Assembly (NCBI GenBank): GCA_025055835.1
Contig: JANWWR010000006.1
Coordinates: 59,120 to 123,119, forward strand
From: Gemmatales bacterium
Lineage (GTDB): Bacteria; Planctomycetota; Planctomycetia; Gemmatales; HRBIN36
DNA length: 64,000 nt
Direction of reading: 5' to 3'
Below, one piece after another: positions 51,489 to 60,498 of this stretch (positions are counted from its first letter, which is position 1; every line of letters begins with the position of its first letter). The notes beneath the pieces are model-generated. The model did no database searches and was not told where the DNA came from. It was given only the letters and a program-made list of their open reading frames with translations. A program made the position numbers and the translations under genes.

Positions 51489-52532
51489 ATGGACCTGCTC
51501 AAGACTCCGCCGACGGCTGACGACAAATCTGTGGACCTGACAGTCCATGCTCGGGTCGCTGGGACTCGATTGGACCAATACCTGGTGGCCACGTTTCCGG
51601 GACACAGCCGTTCGGCCATTCAACGGGCCATCGAGGCCACGGCCGTCACGGTCAACGGGCAGCCGACCAAGGCCAGTTATCGGCTGCGAGACGGCGACCG
51701 CATCCGCATCTGGCTGCCCGATCCGGAGGCCCACGCTCCCGTCCCGGAAGACATTCCCCTGGAAATTCTCTACGAGGACGACGTTCTGGTCGTCATCAAC
51801 AAGCCGCCCGACATGGTAGTCCATCCGGCCAAGGGCAACTGGAGCGGTACCTTGGTCAACGCCCTCCGATTCCATTTCGACCATCTCAGCGGGCTGAACG
51901 GCGACTACCGACCGGGAATCGTCCATCGGCTCGACCGCGACACCAGTGGCGTGATCCTCGTGGCCAAGGAAGAATCGGCCCATCGCGACCTCTCGATGCA
52001 GTTCGAGACCCGGAAGGTGTACAAGGAGTATCTGGCGATCACCTCCGGCGTGCTCGATCGAGACAGCGACTACATCGAACGGGCCATCGGGCCTCATCCC
52101 CACGACCGCGAGAAGAAGGCCGCCTATCTTCACCCTGACGAAGAGCGCAACATCAAGGAAGCTTGCACCTATTACGAGGTCATTGAGCGCTTCGACGGCT
52201 TCACGTTCGTGAAGTGCATGCCGAAAACCGGCAGAACCCATCAGATCCGCGTGCATCTGGCCTGCGTCGGTTGTCCGATTCTGGCGGACAAAGCCTACGG
52301 GGGCCGGAGCGCCCTCCACTTGAGCGACTTGATTCCGGAACTCGCTCCCGATGCTGACGAAGTGCTGCTCTCCCGACAGGCCCTGCATGCCCATCGCCTC
52401 CGCTTCCAGCATCCGCGTACCGGGCGCTGGATCGAGGCCCAAGCCCACCTGCCGAAAGACATGGAACGCACTTTGGCCGCGTTGAGACGCCATCGGCCTC
52501 CTCAGGAAACCGGCAAATCTCGGAAAAAGTAG
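51489..52532 (+). CDS. rluD: RluA-family pseudouridine synthase, RluD-like
   Basis: S4 domain RLDQYLVATFPGHSRSAIQRAIEATAVTVNG. Catalytic HRLDRDTSGVILVAK. TGRTHQIRVH. Confidence 0.9.
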   Translation: MDLLKTPPTADDKSVDLTVHARVAGTRLDQYLVATFPGHSRSAIQRAIEATAVTVNGQPTKASYRLRDGDRIRIWLPDPEAHAPVPEDIPLEILYEDDVLVVINKPPDMVVHPAKGNWSGTLVNALRFHFDHLSGLNGDYRPGIVHRLDRDTSGVILVAKEESAHRDLSMQFETRKVYKEYLAITSGVLDRDSDYIERAIGPHPHDREKKAAYLHPDEERNIKEACTYYEVIERFDGFTFVKCMPKTGRTHQIRVHLACVGCPILADKAYGGRSALHLSDLIPELAPDADEVLLSRQALHAHRLRFQHPRTGRWIEAQAHLPKDMERTLAALRRHRPPQETGKSRKK

Positions 52533-52559
52533 CCGTTGTGAAAATTCCTGACCGGCCCG

Positions 52560-52588
52560 TTGTTCCCCGTCCCTTCATGGCGTATATT
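52560..52588 (+). promoter_or_regulatory. putative sigma70-type promoter of recA
   Basis: TTGTTC (52560-52565), 17-nt spacer, TATATT (52583-52588). AAGGAG SD 6 nt before the recA ATG. Confidence 0.35.
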
Positions 52589-52632
52589 AACACACGTTCA
52601 CTATCCCTTGGGGCTGCGACAAGGAGCAGGTC

Positions 52633-53742
52633 ATGGCCGAGGCGTTCAACGACAAGAACATGGAGAAAGAACTGCGATTGGCGATCAGCCAGATCGAGAA
52701 GCAGTTCGGCAAGGGCGCGATCATGCAGTTGGGTGAAAACGCCCTGACCGACATTCCCGGCATTTCGACTGGGGCCTTGAGTCTGGACATCGCCCTGGGT
52801 GGGAGGGGACTGCCGAGGGGCCGTATCATCGAAATCTTTGGCCCGGAGTCGAGCGGCAAGACGACGTTGGCCCTGCACGCCGTTGCCAATGCCCAGCGGC
52901 AGGGCGGCGTGGCTGCCTTTATCGACGCCGAACATGCCCTCGATCCCGCTTGGGCGAAACGGCTCGGCGTCAATCTCGAAGCACTTCTCGTCAGCCAGCC
53001 GTCGCACGGGGAGGAAGCCCTCAAGATCGCTGAGATGCTGGTCAAGTCCAATGCCGTGGACATCATTGTCATCGACTCGGTCGCCGCTCTGGTTCCCCGT
53101 ACCGAAGTCGAAGGGGAGATTGGCGAAGCCCACGTCGGCTTACAGGCCCGCCTCATGTCCCAGGCCTTGCGGATCCTCAACCCGATCATTTCCAAAACCA
53201 AGACCTGCATCATCTTCATTAACCAGATTCGCCAGAAGATCGGCGTGATGTTCGGCAATCCGGAGACGACCGCTGGCGGATTGGCTTTGAAGTTCTACAG
53301 TTCGGTGCGGATCGACGTCCGCAAAATCTCTTCGATCAAGGAAGGGGAAGAAACCATCGGCTCCCGGATCAAGGCCAAGGTGGTCAAGAACAAGATCGCT
53401 CCGCCGTTCCGCAGCGCGGAGTTCGACTTGATGCATGACCGTGGAATCAGCCGCGAAGGGGATCTGATCGACCTGGCTTTGGAAGATCGGCTCATCGAGA
53501 AGAGCGGGGCCTGGCTTAACTATGGGGATACGCGTTTAGGACAGGGACGGGAGAACGCCAAGCAATTCCTCCGCGAGAACCCGAACCTGATGGACGAAAT
53601 CGCCCAGAAGATCCTGGCCAAGCGCGGCCTGCTGTCATCCGCTGCCGGTGCGTCCGAGGAGGATTCGGCAAATGGCCGAGCAGCTGAGGAGCCGACGCCC
53701 AGTAACCGAAGCCGTCGTCAGGCAACAACGGAAGATCGCTGA
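52633..53742 (+). CDS. recA: recombinase RecA
   Basis: [12 protein letters not shown], Walker [31 protein letters not shown] and [22 protein letters not shown]. Confidence 0.98.
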   Translation: MAEAFNDKNMEKELRLAISQIEKQFGKGAIMQLGENALTDIPGISTGALSLDIALGGRGLPRGRIIEIFGPESSGKTTLALHAVANAQRQGGVAAFIDAEHALDPAWAKRLGVNLEALLVSQPSHGEEALKIAEMLVKSNAVDIIVIDSVAALVPRTEVEGEIGEAHVGLQARLMSQALRILNPIISKTKTCIIFINQIRQKIGVMFGNPETTAGGLALKFYSSVRIDVRKISSIKEGEETIGSRIKAKVVKNKIAPPFRSAEFDLMHDRGISREGDLIDLALEDRLIEKSGAWLNYGDTRLGQGRENAKQFLRENPNLMDEIAQKILAKRGLLSSAAGASEEDSANGRAAEEPTPSNRSRRQATTEDR

Positions 53743-54019
53743 GCCGCCGGTTCGGTCGAAAACGCCGCTTTTGGCAACGACAGCGGTCCTGTGGAGGAAG
53801 ACCATCAAGGCTTCCCGTAGCGACTGACGCAGCATGTCCCATCACCGAGACTCCAGCATCTTCGGTGCGGCGTTTGGCTGGGCTTCGGTTCCGACCGATA
53901 GAAGTTCGCGGACGGTTGGCTCGGCGGCCAACTGCGGCCTATACTTCAAGGGCTGATGGAAAGGGCCATCTGGTCCGTAAAGCTTGGGGGTGACTGTGTC
54001 CCGCATCTCCCGGCGTTCG

Positions 54020-54616
54020 ATGAAAGCTGCTGGCAGCGACTTCACGCTCACCGAGGCTGTGCGTCCGGCCCCCGGAGCCTCGATCGTTCCCACCACCGGC
54101 TACCGGCTTGGCCGCTTCCTTGACAAGCAATCGGGCGAGTCGATTCCGATGCTTGTTGCCGCGGTATCTCGGGAGCGGCTGCTGGATGTCTTCCTCGAGC
54201 TGGTTCACGGCCTGGACGGCGTCGTGGATGTAATTCTGGAAACCAGCCACGATTCCCAGGACGGTCGCCATAAAGACCTGTGGAGGGAATGCATCGACTT
54301 GCCCGTCCTGTTAAGCCATCTGTGGGACTACGAGGATGTGCTTCTGAACGATGGCTGCGCCGGGATAGCGGTCCTGGAATCGGCCAGCGGCACCGAGGTG
54401 CAACTGGACGAACACAAACTTCTGTTCGTCTATGCCGATAACCTCAGCCCCTTCGTATCCGTCCTGGAGCAGCACGGGATTCCCCGCAACGACCGCCTGA
54501 AGCTGATCTGCGAGGTCGAGCATTTCCACGCCACTACCGAGGAATACAGGCAGCGATTCCATGAGATGTGCTGCCGACTCGGTGTTGCTGAAGACGCCCC
54601 TGCACTTAATGGCTGA
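54020..54616 (+). CDS. hypothetical cytoplasmic acidic protein
   Basis: The ORF is open from the TTG at 53984; the first ATG is at 54020 (MKAAGSDF). Protein-like composition (LLDVFLELVHGLDGVVDVILETSHD..., EVEHFHATTEEYRQRFHEMCCRLG). No family recognised and the start is uncertain. Confidence 0.5.
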   Translation: MKAAGSDFTLTEAVRPAPGASIVPTTGYRLGRFLDKQSGESIPMLVAAVSRERLLDVFLELVHGLDGVVDVILETSHDSQDGRHKDLWRECIDLPVLLSHLWDYEDVLLNDGCAGIAVLESASGTEVQLDEHKLLFVYADNLSPFVSVLEQHGIPRNDRLKLICEVEHFHATTEEYRQRFHEMCCRLGVAEDAPALNG

Positions 54617-54678
54617 CAACACGGCGATTCCATGCCCGTCGCTTGGCTCGTTCCCAAGCTTGCGTGCCGTTCCAATCC

Positions 54679-56013
54679 TCAGGGCAAAGTCAGGTCCTGA
54701 AACTCGAAGGGGACGGAGTGAGAGAGAATGTGCCAGTCGTAGTACACCATGCGCTCCGGTTCACCCGCCTTGCCGTTGTTGGCGTAGGTGATCGACCCGC
54801 TGAAGTTTGCTCCGCCGTTGAAGCCGTTGCCATCCCAACTCGGACCATAGCATTGCCACTTGTTGCCCTTGGCGTCGATAAGCACGAGCCGCTGCATCAA
54901 CTGGTTGATCCAGGAGTAATCACGCTTGCCTTGCTGAGCACCGTCGGTGAGGTTGATGCGGAACGTGATCTGCTGGCCGTTCTTGCTGATATTCTCGATT
55001 TTCAGGCTGACGTTGCCTTCCTCGAAGGTGCGACCTTGGGCTTCCATAACCTTTTCGATGACGATGCGGGGTTTTTGAGAGGCCACGACGGTCACGGGAA
55101 TCGTGCCTCGAAGTAATTTGATCGCCTTGGAACCCGGGGCCGGTTGCAGATTCGCATGTACCTCCTGGCTGAAGGTGCGATACCCGGAGTAATATCGGGC
55201 ACCGAAGAATTGCATCTGGGACGGGAGCGTCAGCGGTTGGCCTGAATCATCGAAAGCTTCGGTGATGATCGGCTGACCGCAGGTCAGCAGCGGCAACTTC
55301 GGTTCGACCGTCAGGCCCAGACGGATCGTCAAGGACTCCGTGCGGCGGATCGGCGAGGCGGGGGCATCCGCCGACCGCAGAGAACGGGAAGCGAACTCGA
55401 TATTCCGCGTGTAGTTGAACCCCCGCACCGAGACGCGGAACGGGCCGCTGACGTGGACGACCCCCGGAAAGCTGTCACCGTATTCCAGACGGATCGCGTC
55501 CGCGTTCGAACCGTAGTAGCCTTCCTGGAAAACAAGTCCCGCCCGATTGCAGAACTCCTCAAAGGCATGCCAAAAGAGGGTGTCCTTGAATTCCAGTTCG
55601 ATCAGCTTGTTTTCTCCCATGTCCCCCGAGGCAGCCTCAAACTGATAACCGGTCGCCTCAGAGAATTTCTGGATCGCTTCCTTGACGGGGAGATTAGCGA
55701 TTTTCAGGGTGACCTTGGTCGGAGAAAGGTACTGGTTGCGCTCCAGGTTGCCAACAATGTCGTTAAGCTTCCGCTGAACGTCAGCGTCTTCCACTTCTTC
55801 AAGGGCCTTGCGAAGCGCCGGGAGCAGGTCGAGGTCTGCGTTTTGCAGTCGTTTCAGGGCAGATTCTCGCACCTGGAAGCTGGGATCACCGAGTTTCTTG
55901 ACAAGGTCAGGAATCTCGCCGGGTTGGATCTTGGGGTTGGCTTTCTGCCCGTCGTCGGCCTGTACCAAGGCGACGAGCAGCAGCGGAATCAACAGGACCA
56001 TCGAGCGGAGCAT
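54679..56013 (-). CDS. secreted hypothetical protein with an N-terminal HEAT-like repeat and an STN-like segment (paralog of 23351..24880)
   Basis: The ATG at 56013 is preceded by GGAGGAG. Signal peptide MLRSMVLLIPLLLVALVQA. HEAT-like DLVKKLGDPSFQVRESALKRLQNADLDLLPALRKALEEVEDADVQRK. PTKVTLKIANLPVKEAIQKFSEATGYQF matches PTLVRLDLKDASVPDAVAELAKQAGYSI in the paralog. Confidence 0.65.
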   Translation of the reverse strand: MLRSMVLLIPLLLVALVQADDGQKANPKIQPGEIPDLVKKLGDPSFQVRESALKRLQNADLDLLPALRKALEEVEDADVQRKLNDIVGNLERNQYLSPTKVTLKIANLPVKEAIQKFSEATGYQFEAASGDMGENKLIELEFKDTLFWHAFEEFCNRAGLVFQEGYYGSNADAIRLEYGDSFPGVVHVSGPFRVSVRGFNYTRNIEFASRSLRSADAPASPIRRTESLTIRLGLTVEPKLPLLTCGQPIITEAFDDSGQPLTLPSQMQFFGARYYSGYRTFSQEVHANLQPAPGSKAIKLLRGTIPVTVVASQKPRIVIEKVMEAQGRTFEEGNVSLKIENISKNGQQITFRINLTDGAQQGKRDYSWINQLMQRLVLIDAKGNKWQCYGPSWDGNGFNGGANFSGSITYANNGKAGEPERMVYYDWHILSHSVPFEFQDLTLP

Positions 56014-56117
56014 GGTGGGAACTCCTCCGAGCGTCTCCTGTGCGGATACCATGACTATACTGGACGGCTTCGAGAATTACAACAAAGGGGCAATACATCC
56101 CGGAGGTTTCTTGGCCT

Positions 56118-57128
56118 ATGGGGGCGTCAGTCCCACCCTGTCTGCTTGTCACGTTGGGCGATGTGGCGGGTATCGGACCCGAAGTGGCGGTGCGAGCCTG
56201 GTCCGATCCCGCCTTGCACGAACTCGCCGCCCTCACGATGATCGGCGACGTCGGCGTATTGCAGCGCGAAGCCCAGCGTTGGAATCCGTCCGTGCAGGTC
56301 GTGGAGGTGAATCGTCCCGGTCATCTCGCTGGCGGCGTCCGTCTGATGCCGGTCGTGCAGGGCACTAGAGAACTGCTTTTCGACGTGAAACCAAGTCAGG
56401 TCAGCCGCCAGGCCGGGAAGGCCAGCTACGACTTTCTCGTTCGAGCCGTGGAGTGCATTCGAGGTGGTGTTGCCGACGGTATGGTGACGCTGCCCTTGCA
56501 CAAGGAAGGCCTGAAAGCAGCAGGCTTGGCGTTTCCAGGGCACACTGAAATCCTCGCGGAATTAACCGGCACGAACCGCTTCGGCATGATGCTGTATCAT
56601 GGCGGCCTGGGTGTGACGCACGTCACATTGCATATGGCTCTGCGCGAGGTGTTCAGTCATCTCAAGATGGAAGCCATCTTGGAAAAGATCGAATTAACCG
56701 CTAAGATGCTGGCCCGGCTCAAGAAGGAGGTTTTGGAGGGCCGAAGACCTCGACTGGCCCTGTGCGCCTTGAATCCCCACGCCGGAGAAGGAGGCTTGTT
56801 CGGCCGGGAGGAAATCGAAATCCTGGAACCGGCCGTGCGGTTGGCCCAGGAGCGCGGATACGATGTTTCGGGACCGATGCCCAGTGACACCGTATTCCTG
56901 CATGCCAAGGTGGGCAGGTTCGACGGCGTGATCGCCCTGTATCACGACCAAGGACACATTCCTATGAAGCTTCTGGCGGGATATCGGGCGGTCAACATCA
57001 CCCTGGGACTTCCCATAGTACGAACCAGCGTGGCCCACGGCACCGCCTACGACATTGTCGGCAAGGGGGTGGCTGATCCGGGCGGACTGATCGAAGCGGT
57101 GCGGGCAGCAGCCCGATTGTGCGGCTAG
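56118..57128 (+). CDS. pdxA: 4-hydroxythreonine-4-phosphate dehydrogenase
   Basis: LLVTLGDVAGIGPEV, FPGHTE, LNPHAGEGG, YHDQGHIP and RTSVAHGTA. Confidence 0.92.
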   Translation: MGASVPPCLLVTLGDVAGIGPEVAVRAWSDPALHELAALTMIGDVGVLQREAQRWNPSVQVVEVNRPGHLAGGVRLMPVVQGTRELLFDVKPSQVSRQAGKASYDFLVRAVECIRGGVADGMVTLPLHKEGLKAAGLAFPGHTEILAELTGTNRFGMMLYHGGLGVTHVTLHMALREVFSHLKMEAILEKIELTAKMLARLKKEVLEGRRPRLALCALNPHAGEGGLFGREEIEILEPAVRLAQERGYDVSGPMPSDTVFLHAKVGRFDGVIALYHDQGHIPMKLLAGYRAVNITLGLPIVRTSVAHGTAYDIVGKGVADPGGLIEAVRAAARLCG

Positions 57129-57134
57129 GAAGTC

Positions 57135-57767
57135 ATGACGACGGTTTACCTGCTCCGACATGCGGCCACCTCCGCGAATCTGGCCCGGCCTTATCGCCTT
57201 CAGGGACGAGGCTTGGACATGCCTTTGGACCCCCTGGGTGTCCGTCAGGCGGAATTAACACGCGACTACCTGGCACTGCATCCCATCGAACGAGTTCTGA
57301 GCAGTCCGTTGCGTCGAGCGTTCCAGACAGCAGCGATCATCGCTGAGCCGCATGGCGTGCCCATCGAAGAATGTTCGGAGCTTGTGGAATGCGACGTGGG
57401 GCGATGGGAAGGCATGACGTGGGAGGCAATCCAGAGCAGCGATCCCGAAGCCTATCGGCTGTTTGAGGAAAACCCCGAAGTGCATCCCTATCCGGAGGGG
57501 GAGAGCTTCGGCGAGGTCTTCCAACGGGCCAAGCGCTTCTTCGATGCGCTGTTTCGGGAACAACGCAGCGGAACCATCCTGGTCGTCAGCCATCACATCG
57601 TGACTCGCGTTTACCTGGCGGGACTGCTCGGGCTGCGTCCGTCCGAGGCCAAGCGGGTCAAGATCGACAATTGCGGATTGTCCGTGATCGAGCGAACCGA
57701 TGGCTCGGTCCGCCTGGTCACGCTCAACGCGGCATTTCACCTCATCGGATTGGGCCGCGCAGCCTGA
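57135..57767 (+). CDS. histidine phosphatase family protein (phosphoglycerate-mutase-like)
   Basis: TVYLLRHAATSAN (RHG-type motif) and ILVVSHHIV (second catalytic His). 210 aa. Confidence 0.85.
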   Translation: MTTVYLLRHAATSANLARPYRLQGRGLDMPLDPLGVRQAELTRDYLALHPIERVLSSPLRRAFQTAAIIAEPHGVPIEECSELVECDVGRWEGMTWEAIQSSDPEAYRLFEENPEVHPYPEGESFGEVFQRAKRFFDALFREQRSGTILVVSHHIVTRVYLAGLLGLRPSEAKRVKIDNCGLSVIERTDGSVRLVTLNAAFHLIGLGRAA

Positions 57768-57779
57768 AATTCGACGCGT

Positions 57780-58769
57780 TCACGGACGTTTGTGAGGAGC
57801 GGTCGGATCAAGAAGCGGCTGATCACGAGATGATTCCGCCTCCTGCCGCGTCTGCCGAAGAAGATTCCGTTCCCGCGTTTGCAGGATGAGAGCGGGATCC
57901 ATCTCCTGGGCGGCCTCTTTCTCCGAGTCCGAGGGCTGGAAAATCTTGGCGAATGCCTCGGGCGATGCCGGCGCTGAAAGAGAAGGAGTCTGAAATTCCA
58001 GGATGACGAGGGCCTCATCCTTGCCTTCAGGGACGGTTGGTCCCTGCCATTCGACGCGATACGGCCAGAGCGTTTCCTTGTCGAGATAAAGCAGACAGCG
58101 CCGCGGAATGCGGATGAAGCCGGTCCGCTTCGTCCACATTTCGCGCAGATCCGGTCCCGAGCCGCCCTCCTTGCGGGCCGGTGCCAGTTTGTCCACGAAG
58201 GCCTTGGTCCATTCCCCTTCGAGAATGAAAACGGATCGGCCGCCAGGCAGCTGGCCGTGCTTCACGCCGGACCAGACCAGTTTTTCTTTCATTTCAAGCA
58301 GTACGCCGCGCGGACCGAGAAAGCCGTGCTCGGCATCGTCGTCCCGAATCAATTGGGCCGTAAGTTCCGGACCTAGCAGCGTTTTGTCGATTTGTTCCCG
58401 GGCTTCAAGCAGTTTCGCCAGGGTGTAGGTCCGCACTTCGCGGCTCGGCCCGTTGTCCAGGATTCGCCAGATTCTCTCGCCGTCGCAATAGATCCGAAGT
58501 TCGCCTGGGGACTTGCCCACGCTGACCCGGCAGGTGTACACGGATGCCTTGCGTTCGGGAGCGACAATGTACTTGCCCTCGGACATGAGATGAGAAACTC
58601 CGCCGTGAACGTGGTGGCGGTAGGCGGTTTCAAGCCAAGGCAACTTTCCCAGCTTCTCCAGACAAGATTCAAAGAGCATAACTGGGTCGGCGGGTCGGTC
58701 TTGGGCAGACGAGGCAAGGCCCGCCGGGAGAATCAGGCATGCTGAGAGGACGAAGCGAAGGCACTGCAT
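57780..58769 (-). CDS. secreted hypothetical protein, LolA-like by pattern
   Basis: I chose the ATG at 58769 (MQCLRFVLSACLILPAGLASSAQ signal peptide). GKYIVAPERKASVYTCRV...LRIYCDGERIWRILDNG resembles the LolA/LppX-fold pattern. Charged disordered tail. The long N-terminal extension in the track ORF is Pro/Arg-rich and unlikely to be coding. Confidence 0.5.
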   Translation of the reverse strand: MQCLRFVLSACLILPAGLASSAQDRPADPVMLFESCLEKLGKLPWLETAYRHHVHGGVSHLMSEGKYIVAPERKASVYTCRVSVGKSPGELRIYCDGERIWRILDNGPSREVRTYTLAKLLEAREQIDKTLLGPELTAQLIRDDDAEHGFLGPRGVLLEMKEKLVWSGVKHGQLPGGRSVFILEGEWTKAFVDKLAPARKEGGSGPDLREMWTKRTGFIRIPRRCLLYLDKETLWPYRVEWQGPTVPEGKDEALVILEFQTPSLSAPASPEAFAKIFQPSDSEKEAAQEMDPALILQTRERNLLRQTRQEAESSRDQPLLDPTAPHKRP

Positions 58770-58992
58770 GGGTCGCCTTTTCCGGATTTGTCGAAAGAAA
58801 CGCCGCTCCGATGGCCGAGTATATCCCCAAGGATGCCTGCCAACAAGTTTGCGCACGGCATCCGGTGGGGGAGATGAGCGGCTGGGGGCCGTCGCGGAAG
58901 GAATGGCGGACGGCTTCCGAGCCGAACGCGGAATGGGACCTCGGGCCTCGTCGGTGCGGCAAAGCACCCTACGCCTGATTGAGGGGGATGAG

Positions 58993-60342
58993 ATGAAACG
59001 AGCAGCGGGGTTGCTGGTCACGCTGGCCGTTGCGGCCGGATGTGCCTCTACCGGAGACATGGTCGGTTATCCCGGAGCCGGGCCGACGGTCAGTTCCCTG
59101 CCCCACGCTCCCCCGGCGCCTCCGCCGTTGCGTGGGGCGGTTGGACCGTGGGGCGAAACAGTGCGCATGACGCCTCCGGTCGGACCTCATGCTCCCGGAG
59201 CTGTCGGAGCCGTTGGGCCGGAAGTCGTTCAGGCGACCATGCCGCCGATGGGGGTTCCGGGATTGCTTCCTGCCGCTGGCATGCCAGGCCTGCCGGGAAG
59301 CGTGATGCCGACCAGCGGTGTCGTTCCCGCAGGAGGTGGTGCCGCGGCCAGCGCGGCTCCGGCCTTCCCCGTGGCTCGAACCCAGGTTCGCTTCGCGGGT
59401 CCGGCGGGGGCCAAGATCGGCTGGTATGTTCCCGGCCCCGCAGGCAGCGACGGCAAGCCAGTGCTGCTGCCGCATCAGTTGGACGTTCCAGGCCGGTACA
59501 ACTTCCTCCAGGCTTCGATCTACCGCTTGAAGCTGAGCGACATCCCCGGCCGTCAGGGCGTTGCCTTCTATCCCACCCTGGAAGTGGTTCCGGGCAATCC
59601 GAAGACCGAGGCCTTCCTCGCTCACAACGCGATTCCAGTTGAATTCACCGAGGAAGACTTTGATCAGGTCGCTGCGGGCAACTACATCACCAAGGTCATC
59701 TACCTGCCCGATCCGCAGTATCAGGCCCCGGCCGAGGGTGGCGTTGATACGCTGGTCTCGACCCGGCTGGAACCGGGACAGGATCCTTGTGCGGAAGCGA
59801 TGAAGCGCGGTCACATCCTGCTTGTGGTGCGGATGGGTGGGATCGACTTGGAAACCGCCAACACGCCGGCCCTGGATAATCCGGGACCCTTCGGTCTGCC
59901 GCGGGCCATGGGCGGCTCAATGCCGATGAACACTCCGATGCAGATGTTGCCTCCGGCGACGGCCGCAGCCCCGACGACCTTACCGGGCATCGTCAACCCG
60001 GTGCCCGCCGGTCTTCCGCCCACGCCCCCGATGGTGAATCCTCCGATGCCCCGCTTCGATCCGCCCCAGGCGGCTCCGCCCGGTCCGATGGTTCCGGCCA
60101 AGCCCGGTACCCTGCCGCCTCCGCCAGTCCCGGGCGCGAAGAGCAACGGAGATGGCTCCGGAGTGCAACAGACTGCCTACCAGATCGGCAGCGACGGACG
60201 ACACTATCCGGTTTCGATGCCACCTACGCAAGAAGTCCGGTTTCCGCAGACCACGATTCCGGCCCCTGCGAAATCTGGAACCTGCACGGAATGCGAAGGC
60301 AAGAAGCGTCGCGGCATCCTGGATGACCTGTTCGGGCAGTAA
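58993..60342 (+). CDS. Pro-rich lipoprotein with a central unnamed domain shared with the next gene
   Basis: The ATG at 58993 is preceded by GAGGGGGA. Lipobox LLVTLAVAAGCAS. Pro/Gly/Ala-rich flanks. Central segment VRFAGPAGAKIGWY...IYRLKLSDIPGRQGVAFYPTLEV...ITKVIYLPDP. Confidence 0.65.
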   Translation: MKRAAGLLVTLAVAAGCASTGDMVGYPGAGPTVSSLPHAPPAPPPLRGAVGPWGETVRMTPPVGPHAPGAVGAVGPEVVQATMPPMGVPGLLPAAGMPGLPGSVMPTSGVVPAGGGAAASAAPAFPVARTQVRFAGPAGAKIGWYVPGPAGSDGKPVLLPHQLDVPGRYNFLQASIYRLKLSDIPGRQGVAFYPTLEVVPGNPKTEAFLAHNAIPVEFTEEDFDQVAAGNYITKVIYLPDPQYQAPAEGGVDTLVSTRLEPGQDPCAEAMKRGHILLVVRMGGIDLETANTPALDNPGPFGLPRAMGGSMPMNTPMQMLPPATAAAPTTLPGIVNPVPAGLPPTPPMVNPPMPRFDPPQAAPPGPMVPAKPGTLPPPPVPGAKSNGDGSGVQQTAYQIGSDGRHYPVSMPPTQEVRFPQTTIPAPAKSGTCTECEGKKRRGILDDLFGQ

Positions 60343-60498
60343 GAACGATCGCCTGACCGAGGGATCCCGATCCGCGAGGACGAGAAGTCGCTGATGTACT
60401 TACGGGGGCAACGACGACCAGTTCAAGGGAGCCGTTGCCCCCGAGTGCTTCCGGGATGGGACAACAATACTGTGCCGCTGGTCAGCGGGAACAATGGG

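Noticed and set aside
52533-52632. Search for a LexA/SOS box upstream of recA
   Set aside because: I found no CTGT-N8-ACAG, GAAC-N4-GTTC or other convincing palindrome. I report only a promoter-like TTGTTC-N17-TATATT. The absence of a box cannot be interpreted without knowing this lineage's LexA motif.
53842-54271. Minus-strand ORFs of 84 aa (53842..54096) and 110 aa (53939..54271) in the recA-downstream region
   Set aside because: They have no motifs and basic/Pro-rich compositions typical of antisense frames. They overlap a more protein-like + strand ORF. The 5' part of that + ORF is itself uncertain, so this region remains weakly annotated.
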